From assembly GCA_965226495.1 (NCBI GenBank), contig OZ245365.1, positions 1,504,001-1,568,000 of the forward strand: a stretch of 64,000 bases of DNA, written 5' to 3'. The position numbers and the translations under genes were made by a program. The DNA comes from Candidatus Marinacidobacterales bacterium (GTDB lineage Bacteria; Acidobacteriota; Vicinamibacteria; Marinacidobacterales; DATDRI01). The notes under the pieces are model-generated. The model worked only from the letters and a program-made list of their open reading frames with translations. It was not told the DNA's origin and made no database searches. This document shows, one piece after another, positions 27,621 to 36,523 of this stretch (position 1 is the first letter of the stretch; the number at the start of each line of letters is the position of its first letter).

Positions 27621-27650
27621 ACTCTATTTCCTCCGGCTTGGGCGTGTCAA
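27621..27650 (-). promoter_or_regulatory. sigma70-type promoter
   Basis: TTGACA-18 nt-TAGAGT. Confidence 0.55.
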
Positions 27651-27699
27651 GCCTGGCATCCGGTAAAGGGTCGAGGCGGACCGAGTCGATTCTCGGCGC

Positions 27700-28527
27700 T
27701 TAATTGGCCATCCCGATCTGCAGTCGCAACCGATCGATGATCCCTTCTACCCGTTCCCGATCCGGGGCATCCGGTTTTAGCTTCAGGTATCTGGCAAGCT
27801 CCCCAACCCCTTCGAGAGGACGGCCGACGCCGGAAAGGAGAATGCCTCTATCACGGACTTCGGACGGCGAGTCGGGGACGAGCAACAGCATTCGTTCGAC
27901 GGCCGCCAGGGCTCTAGCATGTTCGCGGCGATTCACATAGATCCCCTTCAGGTTATTGAGTATTCGGAATAGCATCAGACGGGGTGTGGTGCTCTGCAGC
28001 TGCCTGGGGTGGAACTCCAATTTGTCTTTGAAGTTCTGCTTCAGCCGTTCCCGACAATCGTCGTGAGTCAGGATCTTGCCACGATAAAAAACGTCGATCA
28101 GGATCTCTCCTTCTTCCGTCACGTGTTTCAACAAAAAGTGGCCGGGAAATCCGATCCCTTGTAGCTCGAAGCCGACTCGTCTCGCCACCTCTCCGTAGAC
28201 CGCGGACAAGGTAATAGGAATCCCGATTCGTCGGTCGATCACCTCATTGAGATAACTGTTGCGCGGGTCGTAGTACTCCTTGTCATCGCCGCGGAACCCC
28301 TCTTCGTCGAACAATACTTGGTTGAGCCTGGCCACGGTTTCATGCGGTCCGGCGTCTGCATAGAGACGCTGGCGAACCTGCTCCGCCATGTCATCGAGCT
28401 TCCCAAGGTAGTCGTCCACCATCAGATCCGGGTACTCCTCGGCGGCGATGAGCAAGGCAGTCCGATCGATCTCGATCGCCTTGTCACCGCCCGAAACGAT
28501 GCGTGCGAAGGCGCCCCGAGCACTCAT
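27700..28527 (-). CDS. SirB1/YchA family transglutaminase-like protein with TPR
   Basis: GF.G....YYDPRNSYLNEV..RR.GIPITLS, G.GFPGHFL, R.LNNLK and E.RDRG. Confidence 0.93.
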   Translation of the reverse strand: MSARGAFARIVSGGDKAIEIDRTALLIAAEEYPDLMVDDYLGKLDDMAEQVRQRLYADAGPHETVARLNQVLFDEEGFRGDDKEYYDPRNSYLNEVIDRRIGIPITLSAVYGEVARRVGFELQGIGFPGHFLLKHVTEEGEILIDVFYRGKILTHDDCRERLKQNFKDKLEFHPRQLQSTTPRLMLFRILNNLKGIYVNRREHARALAAVERMLLLVPDSPSEVRDRGILLSGVGRPLEGVGELARYLKLKPDAPDRERVEGIIDRLRLQIGMAN

Positions 28528-28580
28528 CGCCGACGAATCTCCGCGGCCGGAGCGCCGGTTTTTGACATAATGAGACTACG

Positions 28581-29399
28581 ATGAAGACGGCCGCGGGGAA
28601 GCGCGCGCTGCTGATGGCGGTTCTCGCGATCCTCGGCCTGCAGGTGGCTCCATTGATCTTCGAAGAAAAGCTCATTTACTTTCCGTATCGCGCGCACGAG
28701 ATGACGCCCGCCGACCTCGGGCTCGCGTTCGAAGAGGTTACGCTTCAAACCGGGGACGGTGTGCGACTGCACGGTTGGTTCTTGCCGGTTCGGGATGCGC
28801 GCCGCACGGTGCTGGTCTGTCATGGGAACGCCGGCAACATTTCGCATCGGCTCGATCGAGTGCTTCTCTTGCAGGCCAAACTTGGACTGAGCGTCTTTCT
28901 TTTCGACTATCGCGGATACGGGAAGAGTGAGGGCAGCCCCAACGAAGAAGGTACCTACTCGGACGGCCGGGCCGCGTACCAATACCTGGCCGACCGTGGG
29001 CTGGCTCCCGACCAGATCGTTCTTTTTGGTGAGTCGCTGGGTGCGGCGATCGCGGTCCAGTTGGCCCTCGAAAGACCGGCCGCGGCCCTGGTCTTGGAGG
29101 CCCCTTTTTCTTCGATCCGCGACATGGCCGCGGCAGCCTATCCTTTTCTTCCCCTCGGCCGGCTCGTACGCACGCGATACGACAATCTGGCCAAGATCCC
29201 GTCCATCGAGGTTCCGCTCCTTATCTTGCATGGGACGCGCGATCGCATAGTACCCTTCGCCCAGGGAGAGAGCCTCTTTAGGGCGGCCCCAGAACCCAAG
29301 CGCTTCTGGGCGATTGCCGGCGCCGATCACAACGACACTTTTCTGGCTGGTGGCGAAGACTATTGGCTGGCCTGGGAAGATTTCTTGAGCTCCTTGTAG
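28581..29399 (+). CDS. alpha/beta hydrolase (ABHD17/YfhR-like)
   Basis: HGNAGN, DYRGYG.S.G, GESLG, HG..D..VP and GADHND. Confidence 0.93.
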   Translation: MKTAAGKRALLMAVLAILGLQVAPLIFEEKLIYFPYRAHEMTPADLGLAFEEVTLQTGDGVRLHGWFLPVRDARRTVLVCHGNAGNISHRLDRVLLLQAKLGLSVFLFDYRGYGKSEGSPNEEGTYSDGRAAYQYLADRGLAPDQIVLFGESLGAAIAVQLALERPAAALVLEAPFSSIRDMAAAAYPFLPLGRLVRTRYDNLAKIPSIEVPLLILHGTRDRIVPFAQGESLFRAAPEPKRFWAIAGADHNDTFLAGGEDYWLAWEDFLSSL

Positions 29400-29435
29400 C
29401 ATCACTCGCGGCATCGCCTGATTCGGGGGACCTCA

Positions 29436-30620
29436 TCACGACGCTTGCAGCGCTTGAGCGGCAGTGGGGAAACTGAAGCGGGTCTCCTCGGCCTCTCGCA
29501 CCGCGGTTTGGACCAGTTCCTCTGCGTCCAACTTTTGCTCGGCTGCAATCACCTCATCCAGTCGACTCCGTGTCGCAGGATGAGCAGGAATGAAGAGCTG
29601 GCAACAATCCTGCTCCGGAAGGATGGAGATCTCGTAGGTGCCGACCCCTCTCGCCTGGGTCGTGATCTCGGCCTTGTCCATTCCGATTAGGGGGCGTAGT
29701 ATCGGCAGACCCGCGGCCTCTTCGATGACGGCCAAGTTCTCCAGGGTTTGCGACGCGACCTGGCCGAGGCTTTCGCCTGTGACCAGGGAGCGAGCACGTC
29801 GATGTTTCGCTAGCGTGGTCGCGATCCTCATCATAAACCGGCGGTAGAGCACGACTCGCAACGGAGCGGGGGCAGCGAGCATGATCTGGCGCTGCAGGTT
29901 CCCGAAGGCGACGAGGTAAAGTCGCGACCGGTACTGATAGCGTGTCAGAACATCGAGAATCTCATTCACTTTTTGCTGCGAGGCTCTCGAAAGGAAAGGC
30001 ACGCTGTGGAAGTGAATGAAATCCACCTCGCAGCCTCTTTTCATCATTCGGTAGGCCGCCACCGGCGAGTCGATGCCGCCGGACAGGAGTGCGGAAACCC
30101 GACCTGCCGTTCCAACTGGAACGCCTTGCAGCCCCACGATTTTTTCGACATGGAACAGCGCTTCGCGGGAAAGGATCTCGATGTAGACCGTCAGCTCGGG
30201 TGACTTCAAGTCGACCCGCGCCCCGCTAGCCTCCTTGACCCGAGCGCCGACTACCCGATCGATTTCCATAGAGTTGAGGCTGAAGCCCTTGTACGCCCGG
30301 CGAGCCGTAATGCGGAACGACTCGAAACTCTTGTTGGCAAGCGCCTCTACTACTTGGTTGGCGAGGGTCTCTATGTCGAGCTCCACTCGATGGGTGGGCG
30401 AGAAGTTGGCGATCCCTACCACTTGGGCAAGCCGTTCTTTGAGGCGGGGCCAAGCCGTCTCGTCGGTGAGCTCGACCATCAACCGGCCTGGAAGGGCCAC
30501 CACTCGCTTCAAAGGCAAGTCCGCGCCCGCTTTTTCGATGTTGCGCACGAGCCGGTTGATGAAGAACGGTCGATTCCTACCTTTCAACGCAATCTCGTGG
30601 TAGTGGACGACCGCGAACAT
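29436..30620 (-). CDS. thiI: tRNA 4-thiouridine synthase ThiI (short form, no rhodanese domain)
   Basis: EIALKG.NR, THUMP domain, LSGGIDSPVA, TGESLGQVASQT and DCC. Confidence 0.95.
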   Translation of the reverse strand: MFAVVHYHEIALKGRNRPFFINRLVRNIEKAGADLPLKRVVALPGRLMVELTDETAWPRLKERLAQVVGIANFSPTHRVELDIETLANQVVEALANKSFESFRITARRAYKGFSLNSMEIDRVVGARVKEASGARVDLKSPELTVYIEILSREALFHVEKIVGLQGVPVGTAGRVSALLSGGIDSPVAAYRMMKRGCEVDFIHFHSVPFLSRASQQKVNEILDVLTRYQYRSRLYLVAFGNLQRQIMLAAPAPLRVVLYRRFMMRIATTLAKHRRARSLVTGESLGQVASQTLENLAVIEEAAGLPILRPLIGMDKAEITTQARGVGTYEISILPEQDCCQLFIPAHPATRSRLDEVIAAEQKLDAEELVQTAVREAEETRFSFPTAAQALQAS

Positions 30621-30634
30621 CGAGTTACCGCTTT

Positions 30635-31174
30635 CTACCACGGCTTCTCCTCCATGCCGCGATCTTGGTTCTCGAAACGAGCCAAGACGAACAGGAGATC
30701 GGAGAGCCGGTTGAGATAGGGAATCACCGACTCTGCGACGGGCTCCGAGGACGCCAACGACACGACTTTACGCTCGGCGCGCCGGCAAACGGAACGTGCC
30801 TGGTGGAGGAGCGATCCACCCGGGCTGCCTCCGGGAAGGATGAACTGCGTGAGGTCCGGAAGTCGAGAATCGAATCTATCGATAGCGTCTTCCATTCGCC
30901 GCACGTCCTCGGAACCAAGGGAAATCTTGTCGTTCCTCTTTCCGGCTCCGGTCGGATTCGCGAGCAACGCTCCGACCGAGAAGAGATCCCGTTGGATTTG
31001 TTCCAACACCGGGCCGATCTCCGTATTGGATACGTTCGCCGCTACGGTTCCCAGGGAAGCGTTCAACTCGTCCACCTCCCCGTAGGCGTCGACTCGTAGA
31101 TTGCTCTTGGAGACTCGCACGCCTCCGAGCAAACCCGTGTCTCCGGCGTCCCCAGTCCTCGTGTAGATCTTCAT
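30635..31174 (-). CDS. PduO-type cob(I)alamin adenosyltransferase
   Basis: KIYTRTGD.G.T, YGEVDELN, FILPGG, RRAER and YLNRLSD. Confidence 0.95.
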   Translation of the reverse strand: MKIYTRTGDAGDTGLLGGVRVSKSNLRVDAYGEVDELNASLGTVAANVSNTEIGPVLEQIQRDLFSVGALLANPTGAGKRNDKISLGSEDVRRMEDAIDRFDSRLPDLTQFILPGGSPGGSLLHQARSVCRRAERKVVSLASSEPVAESVIPYLNRLSDLLFVLARFENQDRGMEEKPW

Positions 31175-32286
31175 GGCGAGGCGATAAAAGGAAGCTCGGT
31201 CACTTGAGCGTTGAAGACTTGATCTGCGCGATGGATGCGGACCGGTGTTCCGGGAGCGAAACTATCGCGATGGACGTAGCCGAGGGCGATTGGATGCCCC
31301 AAACTGGCGGAAAATGCCGCGCTCGTCACCTGTCCGATTTGTCTATTTTGCCCAACGTTGTCTTCTGATCCAGAGATTCCGTCACCCGGCCGAGGGACGC
31401 GTGAATCGGTCACCTGGAAGCCGACGAGCTTCCGATTCAAGTGGCCGCGATGGGCGAGCCGCACCACGTACTCCTGGCCGAGGTAACAACCCTTGGTGAA
31501 ACTGATAGCCTCGTCCAAGCCGGCCTCGATAGGGAAGTGCGACGGGTCCATGTCCACGCCGAACAGTGGAATTCCGGATTCGATTCGACGGATCTCCATC
31601 GTTTGCCACCCTGCGGGTCGAAGACCGAGCGGCTCGCCAGCGGCAAGCAGCTTCTCTAGCAGCCCAGCGGCATCCTTTGGTGGTAGTGCGATGTCGAAAC
31701 TCTGGCCCGGACCGTGCGGTGTTGCGCTGACCCGGGCCTTCCGTCCCGCGAGGGTCGTCTGAATGAAGTGGAACGCTGCCAACTCGCTCCACCCATCGTC
31801 GGATACGCGTGAGAGTAGCTCTGACGAGCGAGGCCCTTGGACCGAAAAGAGAGCCTCCTCGTCGCTGCTATCCTTCAAGTCGACGTCCTCGGAGATGATG
31901 TAGTGGGAGAGGGCTTCGGTTACCGGAGTGAGAGCCTGGGGCTCCATTTCCAGCAAGGTGGCATCGTCGAGTTGGTAAACGAACAAGTCCGACACTATTT
32001 TGCCGAGCCGGGTCAGCAAGGCTGCGTGCAATCCATCTCCGGGCCCGAGGCTCTTCACATCGTTAGTCAGCATATTGTGTAGGAACTTCACTCGATCGGT
32101 TCCGGTGACACGCAGCTGCGCACGATACGAGCGGTCCCCGACGACGACGGCCTCGCACGCCGCACGATACTCCTGGTCGATACCCGAGAACTCCTCCGCA
32201 ACCTCGTTTCCTCGGTGGTCGGCAAATCGTGCGCCGGCGGCAGCGAGAGCATCCCGCATCGGCGATGGTTTGGACTTGATTGGCAA
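31171..32286 (-). CDS. GcvT/YgfZ family folate-binding aminomethyltransferase-like protein
   Basis: G.DR..FL...LTND and SFTKGCYLGQE (YgfZ signature); TTG start inferred from the GAGG RBS. Confidence 0.9.
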   Translation of the reverse strand: MPIKSKPSPMRDALAAAGARFADHRGNEVAEEFSGIDQEYRAACEAVVVGDRSYRAQLRVTGTDRVKFLHNMLTNDVKSLGPGDGLHAALLTRLGKIVSDLFVYQLDDATLLEMEPQALTPVTEALSHYIISEDVDLKDSSDEEALFSVQGPRSSELLSRVSDDGWSELAAFHFIQTTLAGRKARVSATPHGPGQSFDIALPPKDAAGLLEKLLAAGEPLGLRPAGWQTMEIRRIESGIPLFGVDMDPSHFPIEAGLDEAISFTKGCYLGQEYVVRLAHRGHLNRKLVGFQVTDSRVPRPGDGISGSEDNVGQNRQIGQVTSAAFSASLGHPIALGYVHRDSFAPGTPVRIHRADQVFNAQVTELPFIASP

Positions 32287-32338
32287 TAGTATCCTCTGTT
32301 TGTGTGAACTATTATAATGGTCTCGGATGGAGACTGCC

Positions 32339-32692
32339 ATGTCTCGCAAAGTACTGGCCGCGGTTAACAATCTGTTTTTCGTGGGAAAGCTGCAGTCTGC
32401 GGCCAAACAGGCGTCCGTCGAGTTGACGTTCGCCTCGTCGGAGGACGACCTGCTGGAGAAAGCGCGAGAGGGTGCGGAATTGGTTGTGCTCGACCTCGGA
32501 GATCAGGAAATGGACGCGGTGGAAGCGATCAAGAAGCTACGATCGGCCCCGGAGACATCCAACCTCCGGATGCTGGCTTTCGTACGGCACACTGACCCGG
32601 ACCGCGCGGAGCAGGCCCGTCAAGCGGGGTGTGAGAGGGTCATGGCTCGCTCGGAGTTCAGCGCTCAGCTGGTCGATCTCCTGCGCGGCTAG
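32339..32692 (+). CDS. single-domain atypical response regulator receiver
   Basis: LVVLDL retained; the acidic pocket reads VNN and the conserved Lys is missing. Confidence 0.75.
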   Translation: MSRKVLAAVNNLFFVGKLQSAAKQASVELTFASSEDDLLEKAREGAELVVLDLGDQEMDAVEAIKKLRSAPETSNLRMLAFVRHTDPDRAEQARQAGCERVMARSEFSAQLVDLLRG

Positions 32693-32818
32693 TGGCGCGT
32701 CTCCTGCCTGGCGCCCAAATAGGCTGCGGCCACTAGCGGACCTAGCCAGGCGGCCGTGTTATACTCTCCTCTTTTTGCGGGACGGCTTCGATGGAATGGG
32801 TGGAGTAGGAGCTCGTAG

Positions 32819-34087
32819 ATGGAATTTCCTATTGATTACGTACGCGGATGTTTTCCGGCCGTTGCCAGCTCAGACTTCGTTTTTTTTGACAACGCCGCCG
32901 GTGCCCAAGTACCGCAGACCGTCGTCGATGCGGTGGCCGGTCATCTTACCAGCCACAATGTGCAACGCGGTGGCCGCTATCGCTTCTCCGAAGAAGTGGA
33001 CGAGGGCGTGCGCCAGGCGCGTGAGAGTGTCGCCGCATTCCTGAACGCCTATGAAACCGACGAAGTAGTTTTTGGCCTCAACGCGACAGGATTCATTCGA
33101 CTCGTCAGCCTCGCCCTTGGGGAGCTGCTGAAACCCGGCGACGAGATCGTCGTCACCGAACTCGATCACGAAGCGAACATTGCTCCCTGGTTAGGATTGC
33201 AAGAATCGCGAGGCATCAAGATCAAGTATTGGCCGGTGGAGGCGGATACGCGCTTGGATATCGAGAAGCTCGAGGCCCTCCTGACCGATCGCACACGCGT
33301 GGTTGCGGTCACCAAGGCGTCGAACGCCACCGGCTCCATCGTTGAGCTCATCCCGATCGCGGAGCGGATCCATGCCCTCAAAGGCTACCTTTTTGTAGAC
33401 GCCGTTCAGTTTGCACCACACGGTCCACTCGATGTGCGTTTCTTTGGTTGTGATTTTCTAGTGTGCTCCGGCTACAAGATCTTTGGTCCCCACATGGGCT
33501 TTCTTTGGGGCCGGCAAGAGCTTTTGGACTCGCTTCCCACCTTTCGCGAGTACTTCGTTGCGGACAAGGCTCCCGACAAGTTTGAAGTCGGGACCTTTAG
33601 CTATGAAGCCGTTGCCGGCATGAATGCCGCCATTAGCTACGTTGAAGAACTGGGTCGGCGTTCCAAAGACATGCCTCTGGCTCCCGCCGATGACGTGGGT
33701 AGGCGCGGGGATCTCCGGCGGGGCATGCAGGCCATCCGTCACTACGAGCGCACGCTTACCGCGCGCCTTCTAACGAAAGTCGCTGAAGTTCCCGGGTTGA
33801 CCGTCCACGGAATCGAAGGACCGAATCACGACGCGCTACGAACCCCGACACTCTGCTTCAGCGTGAAAGGAGTGGCCCCCGCTGACGTGTCTCGCCAACT
33901 CGCCCAGCAAGGGATCTCGGTCCGCGATGGGCATTTGTACTGCCCGCGCCTTATGAGGGCGCTGCGTCTTTCCGAAGAGGAGGGTGCGGTTCGCGCCTCA
34001 CTCGTCCATTACAACACGCTCGAAGAAGTGAAAGTCTTTACCGAAGCGCTCGAGAAAGTCGCCACAACCGCGAAAGTATCCAAGTAA
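32819..34087 (+). CDS. cysteine desulfurase-like protein (aminotransferase class V)
   Basis: DNAAGAQVP, LDHEAN..PW, VDAVQ, CSGYK.FGPH and VRASLVHYN. Confidence 0.9.
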   Translation: MEFPIDYVRGCFPAVASSDFVFFDNAAGAQVPQTVVDAVAGHLTSHNVQRGGRYRFSEEVDEGVRQARESVAAFLNAYETDEVVFGLNATGFIRLVSLALGELLKPGDEIVVTELDHEANIAPWLGLQESRGIKIKYWPVEADTRLDIEKLEALLTDRTRVVAVTKASNATGSIVELIPIAERIHALKGYLFVDAVQFAPHGPLDVRFFGCDFLVCSGYKIFGPHMGFLWGRQELLDSLPTFREYFVADKAPDKFEVGTFSYEAVAGMNAAISYVEELGRRSKDMPLAPADDVGRRGDLRRGMQAIRHYERTLTARLLTKVAEVPGLTVHGIEGPNHDALRTPTLCFSVKGVAPADVSRQLAQQGISVRDGHLYCPRLMRALRLSEEEGAVRASLVHYNTLEEVKVFTEALEKVATTAKVSK

Positions 34088-34139
34088 AGAATCCCGAGAG
34101 CGGGCCTACCGCACGCCTGAAGAAAGTCGACTAGGACTC

Positions 34140-34514
34140 TTGAAGCTAATTGGTGACCCGTTATTCCCGGTTTTGGTCGTCAAGAAGCTTAAGCGAGCCG
34201 GCCACGACGCGGTGCACGCCGTCGAGATCGGCGCGGGAGATCTCCCTCTGACCGAGATATTGAAGCTGGCCCTTTTGGAGAATCGCGTCGTCCTTACGAA
34301 AAATCAACGGTTGGCTCGATTGGTGGAGTCCAAGCCGGGTTCGTGGCCGTCGGTTGTCCTTTTGAAGCTCAAAGGGGGAAGCTCGGACTCAATGAGCCGC
34401 CTTCTAACCAAATTGCTCGCCCTCTTCGATGACGATCTTGCTAGTGGAGCGGTTGTGGTCGTGAACGAGGGCCAGACCTTACTGAAAAAGTTTATGCCCC
34501 GCTCCGAGGCCTGA
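34140..34514 (+). CDS. DUF5615 / Mut7-C PIN-like protein, degenerate
   Basis: MK...D......V..L..AGHDAVH...G, A..ENRVVLT and PSVVLL. Confidence 0.7.
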   Translation: MKLIGDPLFPVLVVKKLKRAGHDAVHAVEIGAGDLPLTEILKLALLENRVVLTKNQRLARLVESKPGSWPSVVLLKLKGGSSDSMSRLLTKLLALFDDDLASGAVVVVNEGQTLLKKFMPRSEA

Positions 34515-34615
34515 CTAGGCTCAACCTCGAGATCATTTCGCGCGATTTCGGGTCTTCCTTTTCACTTTCACTCCGTTGCCGTCAGGCGATCGTGCCCGCT
34601 CTGGGCAACCACCGT

Positions 34616-34637
34616 CCTCTCCCGGAGGGAGAGGGGG
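34616..34637. repeat. REP-like family member
   Basis: CCTCTCCCGGAGGGAGAGGGGG. Confidence 0.65.
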
Positions 34638-34717
34638 CTCGGGGCGGGGGCGCTATATAATGCCGCGAGCGTCTCTTGCGTCTTGCCCTTCCGGGGAGAA
34701 AGGAACAAGCATCGAGC

Positions 34718-35974
34718 ATGTCGAGTCAACCGTTCTACCTTCGCGAGGGCAAACTCCATTGCGAGGACTGCTCGTTGGAGCGGATCCCATCGTCGGTGAC
34801 CACGCCCTTTTATGTTTACAGCACCCGCGAAGTGGTCGAGAGGTTTCGACGCCTCGATAGGGCCTTCGCCGCTCACCCTCATCTCCTTTGCTACGCTCTG
34901 AAGGCGAACTCTCAACCAGCCTTGCTTCGATTGCTGGTCGCCGAAGGGGCAGGGGCTGAAGTCGTATCCGGCGCGGAGCTTGCGCTTGCTCTCAAGGTGG
35001 GGTTCCCCGCCGAGCGGATCGTGTTCTCTGGCGTCGGCAAGGCGGAATGGGAGCTTCAGGCCGGGCTCCAAGCTGACATCCTACTTTTTCACGCCGAGTC
35101 CGAAGGTGAGGTGATTCTTCTCGATCGTTTGGCGCATCAGGCCGAGCGCCGCGCGCGGGTGAGCATTCGCATAAATCCCGACATCGATGCTGGTACGCAT
35201 CCCCACATCGCGACCGGCGTCCAAACCGCCAAATTCGGGCTGGATTTGGATACGGCGATGGCGCTCTATGGCCGACATGAGGAGTTTCCAAACCTCGAAT
35301 TTTGCGGGATCCACACCCACATCGGGTCGCAAATTACCTCCTTGCATCCTTTGGGTGAAGCCGCGCGGACATTGGCGAAGGCGATCGGCGAGCTGAAGAC
35401 CCAAGGGGTCACGATTACACAGGTCGACATCGGGGGAGGGCTCGGAATCGCCTATGGCGAGGAGCCCGCACCCGAGTTCAGCGCGTATGCGCACGAAGTG
35501 CTTCCCTGGCTCACCGGCACCGGGGCTCGCGTGATCGTCGAGCCGGGACGTGCTCTCCTGGGTCCGGCGGGCGCGTTCGTTGTCAAGGTCCTCTACGTGA
35601 AGCGGGTTCATGACCGAAGTTTTGTCGTGGTCGACGCGGGCATGAACGATCTGCTGCGGCCGGCACTCTACGATGCTTATCACCGCATTGTGCCAATCGA
35701 ACCGCGCGAGGGTGCGCGAGAAACGGTCGATATCGTTGGGGCGGTCTGCGAGACCTCGGACACGTTTGGGCGCGATCGGCTACTGGTCGATCCTCGCCCC
35801 GGCGATCTACTGGCGGTCTTGGACGCCGGCGCCTACGGCTACGCAATGAGCTCCAATTACAATTTGCGCCCGCGTCCGGCGGAAGTGTTGGTCGACGGTG
35901 GCGAGTTCCGCATCGTTCGCGATGCCGAGAGCACGGAGGATCTTCTGGCGCGTGAGCTCGGGGAAGAGTCGTGA
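34718..35974 (+). CDS. lysA: diaminopimelate decarboxylase
   Basis: TPFYVY, YALKAN, HIGSQI, EPGR, CETSD and GAYG..MSSNYN. Confidence 0.96.
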   Translation: MSSQPFYLREGKLHCEDCSLERIPSSVTTPFYVYSTREVVERFRRLDRAFAAHPHLLCYALKANSQPALLRLLVAEGAGAEVVSGAELALALKVGFPAERIVFSGVGKAEWELQAGLQADILLFHAESEGEVILLDRLAHQAERRARVSIRINPDIDAGTHPHIATGVQTAKFGLDLDTAMALYGRHEEFPNLEFCGIHTHIGSQITSLHPLGEAARTLAKAIGELKTQGVTITQVDIGGGLGIAYGEEPAPEFSAYAHEVLPWLTGTGARVIVEPGRALLGPAGAFVVKVLYVKRVHDRSFVVVDAGMNDLLRPALYDAYHRIVPIEPREGARETVDIVGAVCETSDTFGRDRLLVDPRPGDLLAVLDAGAYGYAMSSNYNLRPRPAEVLVDGGEFRIVRDAESTEDLLARELGEES

Positions 35975-36477
35975 GCAACACCCGATGGGCGGCGCTAGCT
36001 CTCGTCGTGATGGCGGTGGTTGTCTCGGTGTCTCGGTTTCTCACTGGAGAGCCTTCGATGGATGTGGTTCTCCGAGTGGTAATCCAGATTCTGGTTTTTT
36101 GGCCGATCAAGGGGGCCCTGATTCGATTCCTCGGCGGAGCTCGCCCCTACCGGAGCGCTCTGGCAGCCAACTCGTCCTCGGAGCTCATCGGATTGGGATT
36201 TCCGCTTGCCGCGTTGGGTGGACTATGGCCGGCTCTCATCGCGAGCTTCTTCTTGTCTAGCGGCATCGAGGGGCTGACTTTCAACGCTGTCGGCACGGCC
36301 AACCCGAAAACCAGCGTCAGCATGGCCGTCTACGTCAACTTCTTCGTCCACCTGTTGATGGCGGGTATAACTCTATGGGATCCGCGACCGCTGGTGGGGG
36401 GCACGGTCATCTTCCTAGCGTTCATAGTTTTTATTCTTCCCATATTCTTGGTTTCGCGTCCCGTGCCTGCGTCTTGA
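35971..36477 (+). CDS. hypothetical integral membrane protein
   Basis: About 5-6 hydrophobic segments; GTGA overlap with the lysA stop. Confidence 0.7.
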   Translation: MSNTRWAALALVVMAVVVSVSRFLTGEPSMDVVLRVVIQILVFWPIKGALIRFLGGARPYRSALAANSSSELIGLGFPLAALGGLWPALIASFFLSSGIEGLTFNAVGTANPKTSVSMAVYVNFFVHLLMAGITLWDPRPLVGGTVIFLAFIVFILPIFLVSRPVPAS

Positions 36478-36523
36478 AGTGGAAAGTTATACTGACGGAG
36501 TGACAAGTTTTCCGGGGGGCTAG

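Noticed and set aside
28524-29414. Long antisense ORFs (also 10746-11564, 40953-42065, 49731-50648, 62452-63435)
   Set aside because: They are shadows of well-supported genes on the opposite strand, as expected in GC-rich DNA, and carry no family motifs.
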